Assembly: GCA_951406725.2 (NCBI GenBank)
Contig: OX597828.1
Coordinates: 51,584,001 to 51,648,000 of the forward strand
Length of the DNA: 64,000 bases
Direction: 5' to 3'
Source: Octopus vulgaris
Taxonomy: Eukaryota
Shown here: piece after piece, positions 42,641 to 56,800 of the stretch
Layout: every line of letters starts with the position of its first letter
How positions within the stretch are numbered: the stretch's first letter is position 1
Translations under genes and position numbers: made by a program
Notes under the pieces: generated by a model
What the model saw: only the letters and a program-made list of their open reading frames with translations
What the model was told of the DNA's origin: nothing
Database searches by the model: none

Positions 42641-43086
42641 ACTGTAGGATCACTTCAAATCTTTAATAAATCTCTACAATGTTCTTACAGGTTTTTTTCA
42701 TTATCATCATACGAAAGTTATACTAATGAGGCTGAAACTAATATGAAAGTTATTTCTAATTTGAATAATACTTGCGAGGCTAAAATATTCAACAAGCCTG
42801 TAGCAAATGTTAATTGGTGAGCAAATTACGATAGAAAGTCACAAAGTTTAGGAATAACGAGTTAAGTTCGACATATGAACCACGTGTCTCAACTTACAAA
42901 TGATTGCTGTTGGCTTCGATCAAATCGATCGTTTCGTTTATACATTTGTATTGGACCAGTTACCAGCAAGAATTATTTACATCCGTCTTCACTTCACTTT
43001 AGTAAGGAAAAGAAACACATATCTTTAGTGAGTAACCTGATATACCTCATTATTCTCACTACGACAGGGTAGAGGGTCTAAATATA

Positions 43087-43304
43087 TACTCTTTTACTCT
43101 TTTATTTGTTTCAGTAATTTGACTGCGGCCATGCTGGAGCACCGCCTTTAATCGAGCAACTCGACCCCAGGACTTATTCTTTTGTAAGCCCAGTACTTAT
43201 TTTATCGGTCTCTTTTGCCGAACCGCTTAGTTACGGGGACATAAACACACCAGCATCGGTTGTCAAGCAATGTTGGGGGGACAAACACAGACACACAAAC
43301 ACAT

Positions 43305-43343
<39 letters not shown>

Positions 43344-43514
43344 CATATATACGACATGCTTCTTTCAGTTTCCATCTACCAAATCCACTCACAAGGCTTT
43401 GGTCGTCCTGAGGCTATAGTAGAAGACACTTGCCCAAGGTGCCACGCAGTGGGACTGAACCCGGGACCATGTGGTTGGTAAACAAGCTACTTACCACACA
43501 GCCACTCCTGCGCC
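43087..43514 (-). mobile_element. SINE family A
   Basis: Full-length reverse-complement match. Confidence 0.92.
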
Positions 43515-43814
43515 TATAGGTACCCAGATAAAGTAATACCTTCTGGTTTCTTTATAGCGAGCATCAGCAAAGGTTAGTATGAGGTTCCAGGATCTGAGGA
43601 GGCTCCGGGGCAAACGTTCTGGTCAGTGTTTCCATGCATTAAGATAGCAACTAACTTCGATAGAAATAAGTAATTGTAAATGTTTTTAAAGTAATTGCTT
43701 GGAATAGCAACTATTCTTCGCAATGTTCTTGAAGTGAGCAAGTGTCAATTAGTCTGCTGGCTGTGGACAGCTAACACTTTCCCTCATACCAAACAAAATA
43801 AGCTGTTAATTTTC

Positions 43815-43904
<90 letters not shown>

Positions 43905-43934
43905 CAACAACAACAATAACAACAACAATCCGTT

Positions 43935-44123
43935 ACTGGGGAATTTGGGGAGTGGGGGTAAGTCGCTTAAATCGACTCCAGTGTTTTACTGTTATTAATT
44001 TATCGACTCCGAAAGGATGAAAGGCAAAGTAGACCTCAGCAGAATTTGAAATCACAACGCAGCTACGGGCGAAACACTTTTAAGCGTTTCATCCAGGGTG
44101 CTAACGATCCTGCCAGCTCACCT
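43935..44123 (-). mobile_element. SINE family B, degenerate, adjoining an (AAT)n tract
   Basis: cgaaaggatgaaaggcaaagtagacctc..gccagctcacc. Confidence 0.8.
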
Positions 44124-45078
44124 TATAATAATCACAATAACTTTGGAAAATGGTGGCGTTATCTCGAATTTGTTTTGCAAACTACTTGATGTGAGCTCAT
44201 AGAACTCAAAGGTAAAATGGAGGATTCATTTGAAGCTGTTCAATTCGTTAAGATTTGTATTAATACATAAGCTACCTATATACACATACGTACGTGTGTG
44301 TATACACACGTACTAGGTGACTTTTAAAGAAACGTCAGAGAGGAAGTTTTACAATTTATGTAGGAAATATAAATGTTTTTGCGAAGCATTTATTTCCTCG
44401 CCTCTAAACTGTTGGCCAATATTAATCATCGCACACTATCCCAGAGACTTTTAAAACTTGCAAATAAGAAATAAACTTTTTGTTATATTTGGAACCGAGT
44501 CGACTGAACTATAAGTTATATTTTGACGCAAGACTTTGTTGTTGAAAGGATTGTTTTGAAGAAAAAATTTGGCTGGGATCCAGACGTCAAAGAATATCAA
44601 TAAAACATTGACTTCCTAGGTTGCTGAACCTTTTCTGATTCATCACAATTTTAATAGTGCAATACAATTCAATGTATTGTTTAGAATTATTTCGAAAGAG
44701 GAACGATTGAATCAGATTCAAAACAGAACGGAAACGTCGATTAAAAAGGAAAACAACAGAAAATCATTTGTTCTAAAATCGGCAACTACAAATGTGTGTA
44801 ATTCGTATAATGATGTTACATCTAAATGTTAATACAGAGAGTAGCGTGTACACATACATACATACATACATACATACATACATACATACATACATACATA
44901 CATACACAGCAGTACACACGTGGATACATGTATATGAACATAATCTCGACTCAGTTTACTATCAGTATGCATACGTATTCATGTATACACACACACGTAC
45001 ACACACACACACCCTCATAAACACACTCATATATATGTAAATATATAGATATAGTTTATATATCGCAGGATACAAATA

Positions 45079-45125
<47 letters not shown>

Positions 45126-45174
45126 TTAGAAGTTAATATATATTATATATATATATGTATACATATAAGTATAA

Positions 45175-45217
<43 letters not shown>

Positions 45218-45566
45218 TGTCTATGTGTTTGAGATTCTGTGTATGCGTGTGCATGTATGCATATTACATGAGACATGTATTTTTATGTTTGTCTGTATCC
45301 TCTGTTTCTCTTGATATTGGCGCAGACTCCGTTATGATATTTAGCCTAGGCTCATAGCACGTCAATATAAAAGCAATGGCAGACACAAACTCACGTGCCG
45401 TGAACATTACCAAACCGTTTTAAATGTATGAATGTATCTATGTATATATGTTTGTATGTAAGTATTTATCTCCCAATCTCTCGCCCTCTCTCCCCTCTCT
45501 CACTCTCTCTCCCTCTCCTGTCTCTCTCCCTCTGTCTCTCTCTCTCTGTATATATATATGTATAGG

Positions 45567-45599
<33 letters not shown>

Positions 45600-45638
45600 G
45601 TATATATATATATACATGTGTGTGTGTCTGTATGTATG

Positions 45639-45690
<52 letters not shown>

Positions 45691-45738
45691 CATATATATA
45701 TGCCTGTGTGTTTGTATATATATATATACATTATACAT

Positions 45739-45781
<43 letters not shown>

Positions 45782-46750
45782 CATACATTATATATACATA
45801 TATTTACAAATTTAGCTTTTACTAATTCAACAGTTCTTCAGAAGCTCAAGCCGATTGTCTCTGCTAAAGTAATAAATCTGTGTATATAAACTATTCATTG
45901 CTATTATGCTTACATCATAATGAAGCCTTCTTGAGCTCCACGGATTTCTTAATATTTGATATAGCTTATATGTGAATATATTTATATACATATGAGTCTG
46001 TGTACGTGTATATGTGTGTTTGTGATTGCGTACGTGTATGTGTGTGCTATAACTACTACTATAAGTCGAAGTCATGCCAAATAAATAGCAGAATTCCTGA
46101 GTTGCATCGGATACATCAGGAAATTATACAATCATTCTAAATATATGGAAAATTAACTTATTTTGTTTGTGTTTTCTTTTTGAATTTACAATGATTTCTA
46201 TCAGAGACAGAAAAGTTGGTGGATCTTTCACCGACATCCTGCTCTATTGTTAAACCTTACATGGACGCGGCAATACTAATAATACAATTGAACTGTTCAA
46301 TAATATTTCAAATGGAGTCCGCCCATTGTTTTCAGACGAAATCATTATTTTATACACATCATTATTCATTACTCTGCAATTATTTACATTGTTTCGTTAA
46401 ACAAATATTATAAAACTATTCAAAATATGAATTCAGCCAATTTTTGTTATTTGTCATCCATGTTATTTTAGATGCCGCCATTTTATATTAAACAAACAAT
46501 ATATGCAAATCTCTGTCAAAGGCATTGGCAACGAATTTTGTCCTATGATTTATCATAAAAATGATATCAGTTTTAAAAGTAATATCATTTGTTTCAATCA
46601 ACCACATATAGCATATCGAATTCTGCATTACTCTTTTACAACCTAAAGAAGATAGTAAAATGCGGTATATATATTGATATGCTGATTTATATATTTACAT
46701 ATATATATATATATATATATAACCGTGTATATTGATAGATAGTGCACAGA

Positions 46751-46798
<48 letters not shown>

Positions 46799-46809
46799 CT
46801 TTTGTTGTT

Positions 46810-47108
46810 TATATTTTTCAGACATTTGATTGAAGCCATGCCGGAGCAAAGACCTTAGAGATTTAGTAGTCGAAGAAATCGACTCCAGGACTTAATCTTT
46901 GTAAGTCTAGTACATATTCTATAATCCCTTTTGCCAGAGCCCTAAGTTTGAACACAAATACACTAACATCGATGGTGGTTGGCAAAAACAGACACAAATA
47001 CATAAATGCACACACACACACATATATATGTATAAGGGCTTCTTTCAGTTTCACTCTACCACGTCCCCTCACAAGGCATACTTCTTATAACTCACCCATT
47101 CCTGCGCC
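46810..47108 (-). mobile_element. SINE family A, degenerate with deletion
   Basis: Tail, core remnants and the head end cctgcgcc match family A. Confidence 0.7.
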
Positions 47109-47198
47109 TATATATATACATATATATATATGCGTGTAAACATATATATATGTGTATAGGCATATATCTTTACACACACATATATATATATATACATA

Positions 47199-47245
<47 letters not shown>

Positions 47246-47252
47246 TATATAT

Positions 47253-47306
<54 letters not shown>

Positions 47307-47313
47307 GCATGGG

Positions 47314-48310
47314 CATGAAGTTGCAACAGAAAGCGAGCGTGAAATTTTATGCTAATTTTGCTTCGGAGACATTAAACTTCTGTTGTCACGCTTACGGCGA
47401 CGTGGTAATCAATGTTTCGAGTGTCGCAGTCGTTCGGAAAGCGGAAGAACATTCCTGGAAACCGACGAGCGATCTGAAATACCTGACAGGTGTGCCAGAC
47501 CTGGAAATTTGTAGAAAATTCAGAAGAATCGTCGTAGGACAATGAACAACATTGCTGATGTTATTGGTAGTCATATGGTTCCTTGCAGACGATCCGAAAA
47601 TCTGAACTGAACATGTGGTGTTATTGTGCAAATTTTTTCCCCCGCACGCTGACCCCTGAGACGAAATAATTTGGCGTCCAAAAGTGTCAGGATCTCCGTA
47701 AGTGTGCCGCTGATGAGCCATCCATCATATCGACAATCATCACCCATGACTTGAGTTGGGTCAAAAGGGATGACCTTAAAACAGAGCAGCAGTTCTCACG
47801 ATGGAAGAGCCTTTCATTTCCATAACACGACATAGCTGCAGGTCAATCAAAATCATGCTTATCGCTTTTCCGAAACCCGTGGCAAGGTGCATCAAAAACT
47901 GGCCCCTCCCCGCTCACTACCACAGAGCCAGACCATCAATCAAAATTTCTACTGCGAAGTTTCGAAGCGTTTTAAGGACGACATTCTGTGAAAACCACCG
48001 AATCTGTGCAGCGCAAAGTATTGGATTCTTTACGACGATAATGCACTCTCTCACCGAATTTCTCGGCAAGAATATCATTTTATAGCTTCTGCACCTATCC
48101 TAGTCGCCATATTTTAAGACGTGTAACTCTTTCCCTAGATAAAATGCATCCCTAGGGTCGCCATTTTAACACCATTGTTGAGAGCAAGAGCGAGTCGCAG
48201 ATAGTCCACGTTTCGCTACGGGAAACGATATCTAGGCCGGATTTCAGAAGTGTCAGAAACACTATTATCGGTTTGTTGCTGCTCAAGTTAACTATTTCGA
48301 AGGAGATGAT
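47314..48310 (+). pseudogene. Decayed near full-length mariner transposase
   Basis: [24 protein letters not shown]-terminus, DDNALSH (HDNA motif), LLHLS*SP (PHPPYSPDL-like), GRHFNTIVE and FQKCQ..FVAAQVNYFEGD C-terminus; many stops and frameshifts. Confidence 0.8.
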
Positions 48311-48359
48311 ATTTTCTACTAAACGTAACTAACCAGGTAATTTTGTGATTCTACCTCGT

Positions 48360-48542
48360 CAGTTTCAGTCGTACGCCTTGACACTTTGGGTAGCTGTCTT
48401 CTACTATAGCCTCGAGCCGACCAAAGTTTTGTGAGGAGATGTGGAAAGGGGGAAAAAATAACACATAGTACAAGACTTCAAGGCTCAAAACTGTTCATAC
48501 ACCCCGCGTATATATATATATATATATTTGTGTGTATGTATG

Positions 48543-48603
<61 letters not shown>

Positions 48604-48860
48604 GTGTGTGTGTCTATGTGTACATATATGTGTGTGTTTCTTTGTATCTATGTTTGTTGCCCATCACTGTTTGAAAACCGGTGTTGTCATGTTCACGTCC
48701 TCGTAACTTAGTGATCCTACAAAAAGAAATCGATAGAATAAGTACTACGCTTTAAAAGTAAATTCTGAGCTCTAATTGTTCGATTAAAAAAACCCCTTCA
48801 ATTCGGTTCTGTAGCATGGCCGCAGTCAAAGGACTGAGACAAGTAAAAGAATAAAAGAAT
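48360..48860 (+). mobile_element. SINE family A, degenerate with internal insert
   Basis: tgtcttctactatagcctcg..ccgaccaaag and gcatggccgcagtcaaa..actgagacaagtaaaaga. Confidence 0.75.
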
Positions 48861-48874
48861 AAACGGATATATAC

Positions 48875-49240
48875 TTTTGGCAAACTTCCTCTGACGTGGC
48901 GTTTGGTGGATGAGGATGTTTCACCCTGTTGCCCTCATCTATATAGCTTGACTTCAGATAGATCCATTTAGAACTGTTAACAGAATTACATCCAGTTTTG
49001 GTTTGAAAAAGGCCGACATCCACGCCATGCAGGTCTCTCAGTTTTTGTGGGAGAAAGTTGATGACCTGAGGGCCCGTGAAGCCCAAGGTTTTGCAATATA
49101 TGTTCCTGCTATCCTACCTTAATATTGGGATTTACGGTGGTACGCAGTGTGTAACTGACAATGTCAAAGATTAGTACATGTTCTCGGATTTTTCAGATGT
49201 ATATTACTGCGTATCTTTCTTGCCTTCTTGACTTCTAGAC
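48875..49240 (-). mobile_element. Decayed 3' end of a CR1-like LINE ORF2
   Basis: Minus strand reads RRQERYAVIYI*KI and LGFTGPQVINFLPQKLRDLHGVDVGLF, typical of the CR1-type ORF2 C-terminus; stops and frameshifts present. Confidence 0.65.
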
Positions 49241-49342
49241 TTTTTGGAAATATCATACATACGCACACACAAACACACACACTTACACATGAATGAGAGT
49301 ATCAGGTTGTAAATGCATATTCACACACGTTAAATAATTAAA

Positions 49343-49381
<39 letters not shown>

Positions 49382-49539
49382 ATATATATATATATACTTA
49401 CATATTACCAGATCATGTCATCTTCATATCCATATCCTACCCTGGTCCTTCAGTATCCCTCTCGCAAGCTGTTTTTCGATTTATTTTACGCATAATATTT
49501 AGAATCATATTAAACAGTTATCAAAGTTAAATAATCTTC

Positions 49540-49780
49540 ATCACCATGATCGTCATCATCGTCACCATCATCGTCATCGTTGCCGTCATCACCATTATCA
49601 ACATCATCATCGTCGTCGTCGTTGTCATCGTCGTCATCATCATCATCATCATCACCACATCCATTATCATCACCATCACAACCACCACCTCCACCAGCAA
49701 CCGCTGACACCACGCCGCCGCCACCACCACCGCCACCACAACCATCACCACAACCACCACCACCACCACCACCACCATCA
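49540..49780. repeat. (ATC)n/(ACC)n trinucleotide tract; similar trinucleotide tracts at ~4010-4230, 7790-7915, 10840-11000, 16555-17030 and 43816-43928
   Basis: Directly visible. Confidence 0.95.
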
Positions 49781-50074
49781 AAACGCATAACCTTCCTCCC
49801 GTTTTGTGTTACATGATGTCAGTCTGAAGACATTAAAATTTGGCCACCGTAATTGCTGTCTTGCAAATGATTAACCTGTAATTAATTCGGTTGATGTTCG
49901 ACAACAAAATATAATTAATTTCTCTGTTCTCTCAATGTGTCATTCCCGATTATTTCTTAATGTACACAATCACCCACACTCACACACGCATATACATACA
50001 TACAAACAAATATCACACGCGTATACACACATAGTTCTATAAACACACGTTCACAAATACGCATGGTTATGTGA

Positions 50075-50134
<60 letters not shown>

Positions 50135-50216
50135 AGAGTTTATGAAAAAAACAATAAACGAAGACGGGTGGTGTACAAAACAAACAGATGTATTAGTATA
50201 ACGCTCAAGAATAGAA

Positions 50217-50335
<119 letters not shown>

Positions 50336-51005
50336 TATATATGTATATACATATATATATATATATACACACAAACCAGACAACTCTAATTTACAATACA
50401 CTAGGTCCCCAGACGCTCCGGTTGATTTATGACACCCACGGCTTCTACAACCAGAATTTGTCATTCTCCTGACCACCATGTTAGTCCGTAACAACTTTAT
50501 ATCCCTTATCCTTATATTCTTTTACATTCCTTTATATTTCTGATAATTTTTTTATATTTTTTTATATATATATATTTTAAAAAAAAATATTTTTTAATAT
50601 TTTTTTATAACTTTATATCTTTATATTCATTTATACGTTTTTATATCTCTTTATATCTTTATACTCTATATTTTTATATTTTTCTATACTTATATTCTTA
50701 TCTTTCACATATTTAGATTTTTTTTATCCTTCGTCCTGAATTCTCGCCCCTCCATCTTTATCCCTATTTACTCTTATTACCAGGTTCCTTCACGTCTGTC
50801 TGTATTTATATATGTATATATTCATTTATTCATTTATTTATATTACCTCAACATCCAAACTTCCTCATTCTACATTGAGAGATGGACGAGATGGACGCTT
50901 CATTTTTTGTGCTGTTGCCGCATTATGTCGTACGCGAATGAGAGGATTTGCATCCCCAACGTAGAATTTTTGATGTAATACATGTCCTTGAGGTAGTAAT
51001 TGTGC

Positions 51006-51083
51006 GCGGCTGAAGAAGGCCATAGACACACATTATGCATTGTTATAAATCCGTCTAATAAAGGCCCGAAACATATGTACCGC
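51006..51083 (+). ncRNA. Type-I hammerhead ribozyme-like motif (best conserved)
   Basis: gcgg-CTGAAGA-aggcc...ggccc-GAAAC-atat-GTA-ccgc; stem I gcgg/ccgc, palindromic stem III acatatgt. Confidence 0.75.
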
Positions 51084-51267
51084 TGAATCCTTGGCATCAT
51101 GTTTTTATTTTGATTAATTTACTCCACCACCTACACCACCAAACGGTATATACAGGTGCTTACAATTATCAAGTACTCACCCTGAATTTCTGTACCCAAC
51201 TCACCTACGTTGTCACCTGGATTGGCTCCTACATAACCGCGACAACCTTTAGTACTTGACGAACCCA

Positions 51268-51313
<46 letters not shown>

Positions 51314-51323
51314 CACACACAGA

Positions 51324-51399
<76 letters not shown>

Positions 51400-51444
51400 T
51401 GTATGTATGCATCAGTTTGTGTTTGTGTGAGTGATTATATTTTT

Positions 51445-51800
51445 CTGTGCTCTTCTATACTGCGCTGAAACATAGACGCTCACTAAAGCATTGAAGAAAC
51501 AGTTGGACGCTTGTAATTACGAGGATGCTCAGAATGGCACTCAATGTCTCTTGGAAGAGTCAAACAACAAACGCCGACTCATACCAGAGACTACCAAAAG
51601 TGACATTGAAGATATAGCGTAGAAGGAGTAGGCTAGCTGGAAGGCTATAGTAAGACGACATAAATCGACAACTTGCCGGTGGATACTGGTATGGAAGGGA
51701 TACAGGATCTGAGGACCATTACGGAAGATCGAGAGGAATGGGGAAAAACGTGTGGAAACAGTAATGAGTCGTCCTGTGGGACGACCTAAACAAGATGAGA
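51445..51800 (+). mobile_element. Decayed 3' fragment of an RTE-clade LINE
   Basis: Frameshifted reading YCAET*TLTKALKKQLDAC / TRMLRMALNVSWKS..LPKVTLKI*RRRSRLAG resembles the RTE ORF C-terminus. Confidence 0.65.
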
Positions 51801-51835
51801 TATTCATATGTATGTACGTATGTATGTATGTATGT

Positions 51836-52243
51836 AGTGGCTGTGTGGTAAGTAACTTGCTAACCAGCCACATGCTTCCGGGTTCAGTCCCAGTGCGTGG
51901 CATCTTGGGCAAGTCTCTTCTGCTATAGCCCCGGGCCGACCAAAGCCTTGTGAGTGGATTTGGTAGACGGAAACTGAAAAGAAGCCTGTCGTATATATGT
52001 ATATATATATATGTATGTGTGCGTGTGTTAGTGTGTCTGTGTTTGTCCCCCCAACATCGCTTGACAACCGATGCTGGTGTGTTTATGTCCCCGTTACTTA
52101 GCGGTTCGCCAAAAGAGGCCAATAGAATAAGTACTGGGCTTACAAAAAGAATAAGTCCTGGGGTCGAGTTGCTCGATTAAAGGCGGTGCTCCAGCATGGC
52201 CGCAGTCAAATGACTGAAACAAGTAAAAGAGAGTAAAAGAGTA
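51836..52243 (+). mobile_element. SINE family A
   Basis: Full-length match; flanked by (GTAT)n on both sides. Confidence 0.92.
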
Positions 52244-53394
52244 TGTATGTATGTATAGAAAACCATCTGAACGAATGCTTCAGTGATATATGCAGCTCCT
52301 GGGAACGTAATCTTGTAATGGCTTTGAAGTTTCCTGAAATATTGTGTAATACATGTTGCAGTTAATACATTCTAACTGTCCAAGTATTTCTGAATTCACT
52401 CTTGACCGTTATTACGTACAATAATAGATAATTCAAATTACCAGCATTATTTAGTTTTCATAATAAAGATTTTTATGGGATCTCTGCATTCATGAAGTAA
52501 ATAAATTCACGAGATACCAAATATAAACGTTAAAGTCTGTCATTTTACTGTGTGTTCAATCAAAAGTGGGACCGATTTTTATGACACCGCATTATCAATT
52601 GTTATTGAACTGTCATCTGTCAGCAATAATTCTATGTTTATGTTCATATGCTTGACACTAGTAATGCAAGCAAAGCACTTTCTCGCATGCTTTAACGTGT
52701 CATACTTCGCAAATGTTATGTATTATGTGAGATGCATATATCTCTGCAATAAGAGGAATAAACAGCTTTAATCTTCATATGATTATTCAAATGATTTAAA
52801 CCGTAAAATTTCGTGAATAAACTGTTGATTTAATTATTTAAATGTCAACGATATTCATAGACTTACCTCCGCTATTGTACTGTATCAAGATTTGAACTTC
52901 CTCTTTCTCATAGATGTTTATTATCTTGGATTTAACTTAGCATGAGGCAGGGAACTATACAAATACAACCTCTATGCAGAGAGAAAAATTAGCATAAGGT
53001 GAATCCGACATTTTAGAATTTATCAATGATAGAATCAATATCCTGCTTTACAAAATTTCCATTGAAATAATCTGGTGCTAGAATGGTAACGATGATAAAG
53101 TAACAATAGCAGGAAAATGGTAAACACCTGTCCCTCTACGAGTTATTGTTGAAATTCCTATGCTTTAAAAGGCAGTAATGGACAGCATTATGCAAGAGGA
53201 CAAAATTTCTCAGCAAGATGTATTTTACACTCCTATATGCTTTGAGGATATGTTTTAACTGGATATGTTTTGAGGAAACAAAATATTCCAGGAATGAATC
53301 TTTTATTTAGCCAGATGTAATGACCCCACTGACATTAATGCAGATAAGGACCAGTAGAAACGGGACAAGACATCAGGACAGGATGATTTTCAAT

Positions 53395-53588
53395 ATTCTT
53401 TTCTGTCCGAAATTTTGGGGGAGCGTCCAGTCGATTAGATCGACTCCAGTATGCAACTTAATTTATCGACCCTGAAAGGATGAAAGGCAAAGTCGACCTC
53501 GGTGTAATTTGAACTCACAACGTAAGGACAGCTGAAATACCGCTAAGAATTTCGCTCGGCTTGCTAAGAATTCTGCCAGCTCACAGCC
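53395..53588 (-). mobile_element. SINE family B
   Basis: Matches B core and head. Confidence 0.85.
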
Positions 53589-53621
53589 TTGGATGATTTT
53601 CAGTACTGAAATGTTGATTGT

Positions 53622-53878
53622 GGAGGCATATGGCCTAGTGGTTAGAGCAGCGGACTCGCGGTCGAGCGATCGCGGGTTCGAATCACAGACCGGGCGATGT
53701 GTGTGTTTATGAGTGAAACACCTAAACTCCACGCGGCTCCGGCAGAATGTAATGGCTAAATTCTGCTGACTCTTTCGCAACAACTTTCTCTCACTCTTTC
53801 CTCCTGCATCTTGCAGCTCACCTGCGACGGACCGGCGTCCCGTCCGGGTGGAGAACCTATACACCAAGGAAACCGGGA
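53622..53878 (+). mobile_element. SINE family C
   Basis: tggcctagtggttag A-box, gggttcgaatc B-box, cctgcgacggaccggcgtcccgtcc V-like domain. Confidence 0.85.
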
Positions 53879-56800
53879 TAATATTAGTTGGAAATTAATG
53901 GCACAGTCGATTACTGGTAATTATTTTATCGAACCCCAAAACGACGTAAGGCAAAGTCAATCTCGACAGATAAGTTTAAATATTTGGCCACATAATACAA
54001 ATATGTGCATAAGATGGTATAATGTTTATTACAATAACTATTCACTGAATATTCAAAACAGCTGCAGAGATATACCAGTCTCCACGAGTTATATACATGT
54101 TATGTTACAATTACAATAGTTATTCTTATAAGTGTTCATTTATCTTACCCTGTTGACATCCGGTCGACTTTTGTCTTATAGAAAAAATTCACCTGTTTCT
54201 GGGGTACACTACTCTGATTAATAACTGTAGCTGAAGAATTCTTCTCCACGCGAGTACTAAATGGTTGCCCATCTATTCCACGCGTGCACTATGAATCGTC
54301 TGAAGTTCTACACGCGCGCGAACACACACACACACGTACACACACTCACCCCCCCAACACCCCCATATATATATATATATATATATCATGAACACTGTTC
54401 AGTAATTACGAGTCCATTGTAAAGAGAAGTCATCATTGGTATGCGAAAACATATATATAACATAAGAAACCCACTTAAGTAAATACATATATATTTCCTA
54501 AATGGGCTTGAATTATATTGGAATGTATGGGAGCTAATTGGTCGAGTGAAGAATTTAAAATGTTCAGGCAGTATTCTCTTACACATAGTTTATAAAGCAA
54601 TAGAGTTTAGGTCAAGAGCTAATTGAGTTTGTAGCTTTGATTCTTAAATAAATATTACTGTTTAGCTTTTCACTCTATCAATAGTATGAATGTGTTTTGG
54701 TTTATCTGATTTTCCCTTTGGTTACGTTACAAGTGTTGTGCGAGATAATAGGGGAAGACAGGTGGAGAGGGAGGGAGAGAGGGGGATACGAGGAGAGAGA
54801 GAAAGTAAGGAAGAATAAAAGTGAAAATAAAGTATATTTGTTTTAAAATTTGATATACAGACGGAATCAAATTGCCTACATATTGTTTGATCATAATTTT
54901 TAAATACTTTAATGGAAAAAACACACGTACTTACTCACAGACGCACAAAGTCGCACACATATTTATTGCAAACGTATATATATATATGTAAATCACTCTC
55001 TCCCTCCATCAGTTTCTCATATATATATATATAATGTGTATATATATATAAATGCATATATACATGTGTGTATATTTTTAATGTGTGTATATATATATAT
55101 ATATATATAAATACACACTCGCACACACATATATATGTAGATGTTGATAGATAGACGTATATACACCCACACACATTTGAATATTAGAATTTTTTGGCGT
55201 ATACGTAACTTAGGTATCTAATGCTTTGATTCGTCAATGTCGCACTTTCTCTATATCGATTTCTTTCAGCGTATATTTAATAGTCTATCCTTATCTTAAA
55301 CTTAATGTCCATCTGTTTGTTTATTTTGAAAGGTCAGTGAAGAAGAAGTACATTAAAAACTTTGTAAACCAATCTAAAAGAGAAAACTCAACTCATACTC
55401 AGAAAGACAAACATACACACACACACACATCCACAGCCAAACACACTGGCATATTTTTACATACAAACATACGAACAAGCAGTTACACATATACATTCAT
55501 ATACAAGTACACAAGCACGTACATATGAAGAGCAAAAAAACACACGAAAACACAAACAATATATTTGCATGTTTGTGTGTTTTTGAGAGATTTAATATTG
55601 TTTTTCTGTATGTGTGACTGTGTGTGTGCGTGTGTATGTATAGATATATACATGGCTGAGAGGTTTAGAATTTTGCTTGCAGGCATAACTTACTAGACTC
55701 GATCCCAATAACGGCCTCTTGAACAAAGCATTATAAAGGAGACTCGGGTCGTGCCATGTCGTATGACTAAGAATGTCTCGAGAGAATCTGGGTAGAATCC
55801 TGTCAGAAAATATTGTGCCAGAAATTCAACGAGTCAGCTTCCTTCACCTAAATTTCATCCGATTCCTGTTTGAAAATTACATTAAGTATATACGTTCTGT
55901 AGGGGACACGTTAGCCAGTGTGCCCAATCTGAAAAGAGCGGTTGGTCACTATAAAAAATTAGATTTGCATACGTTGATCGGTCTTGGGGCTACACATGAT
56001 GAATGATATAATATTGAAACATCTGAAATCATTACTTAACGTATGAATCCTCGTAATTAAATTAATAATTTTAATCACCGAAGCTCTACAATTAAGCAGA
56101 ATATGAAGTATTTGGATTGAGTGCTAACATGATAAAAATGAATAATTGTATCTATTGTACGGCTTCAATATGAAGGAGGCTACTTCCCTGTTGATGAGAT
56201 AAAACTTTCAAACTTGTACATTGTTTGGTGGCTGAATTCATTACGTTAATTATGTTTAGAAAACACTTTCTAATTGGCAATATATTTAGCTAATTAGTAG
56301 ATGAAATTTTACAAAGTTTTGTATGGCAATGGCTTATGAATTTAAGAATTCATAGGTTGTGTAACTGTGTTCTTGTTCTTATACTGAAACACGTTTCATT
56401 TCCGCCGGAACTTTTGCGCATTTTAAGTTAATATTGCAACTGAAAATTCGCGTTCTTATCTGAAAATGTTAAAAGGAAATATTTGCCAAACGTACAGGAA
56501 AACTATTCACCACTATTTAATTATGAAAATATAAACTTCATTATAGACTTAATTGAAGACAATGAAAATACCCTTGAACCACATCGTGCATTAAAATAAA
56601 ATATTCACTTTAATCAAGCAATTTACACGTGTTGACATATGTGGAAAATATTTTCTTGCATTCTTATAATTTTAAATTCCTGACAGAGAAACATGCTAAA
56701 TGTTTTATAAAATTCGTTTTGCATTCTGTTTGTTTGGATTTGAACAATATTAATACAGTGGATTTCCATATGTGTGCTCTTGTTTCAGTCTTAGAAGACC

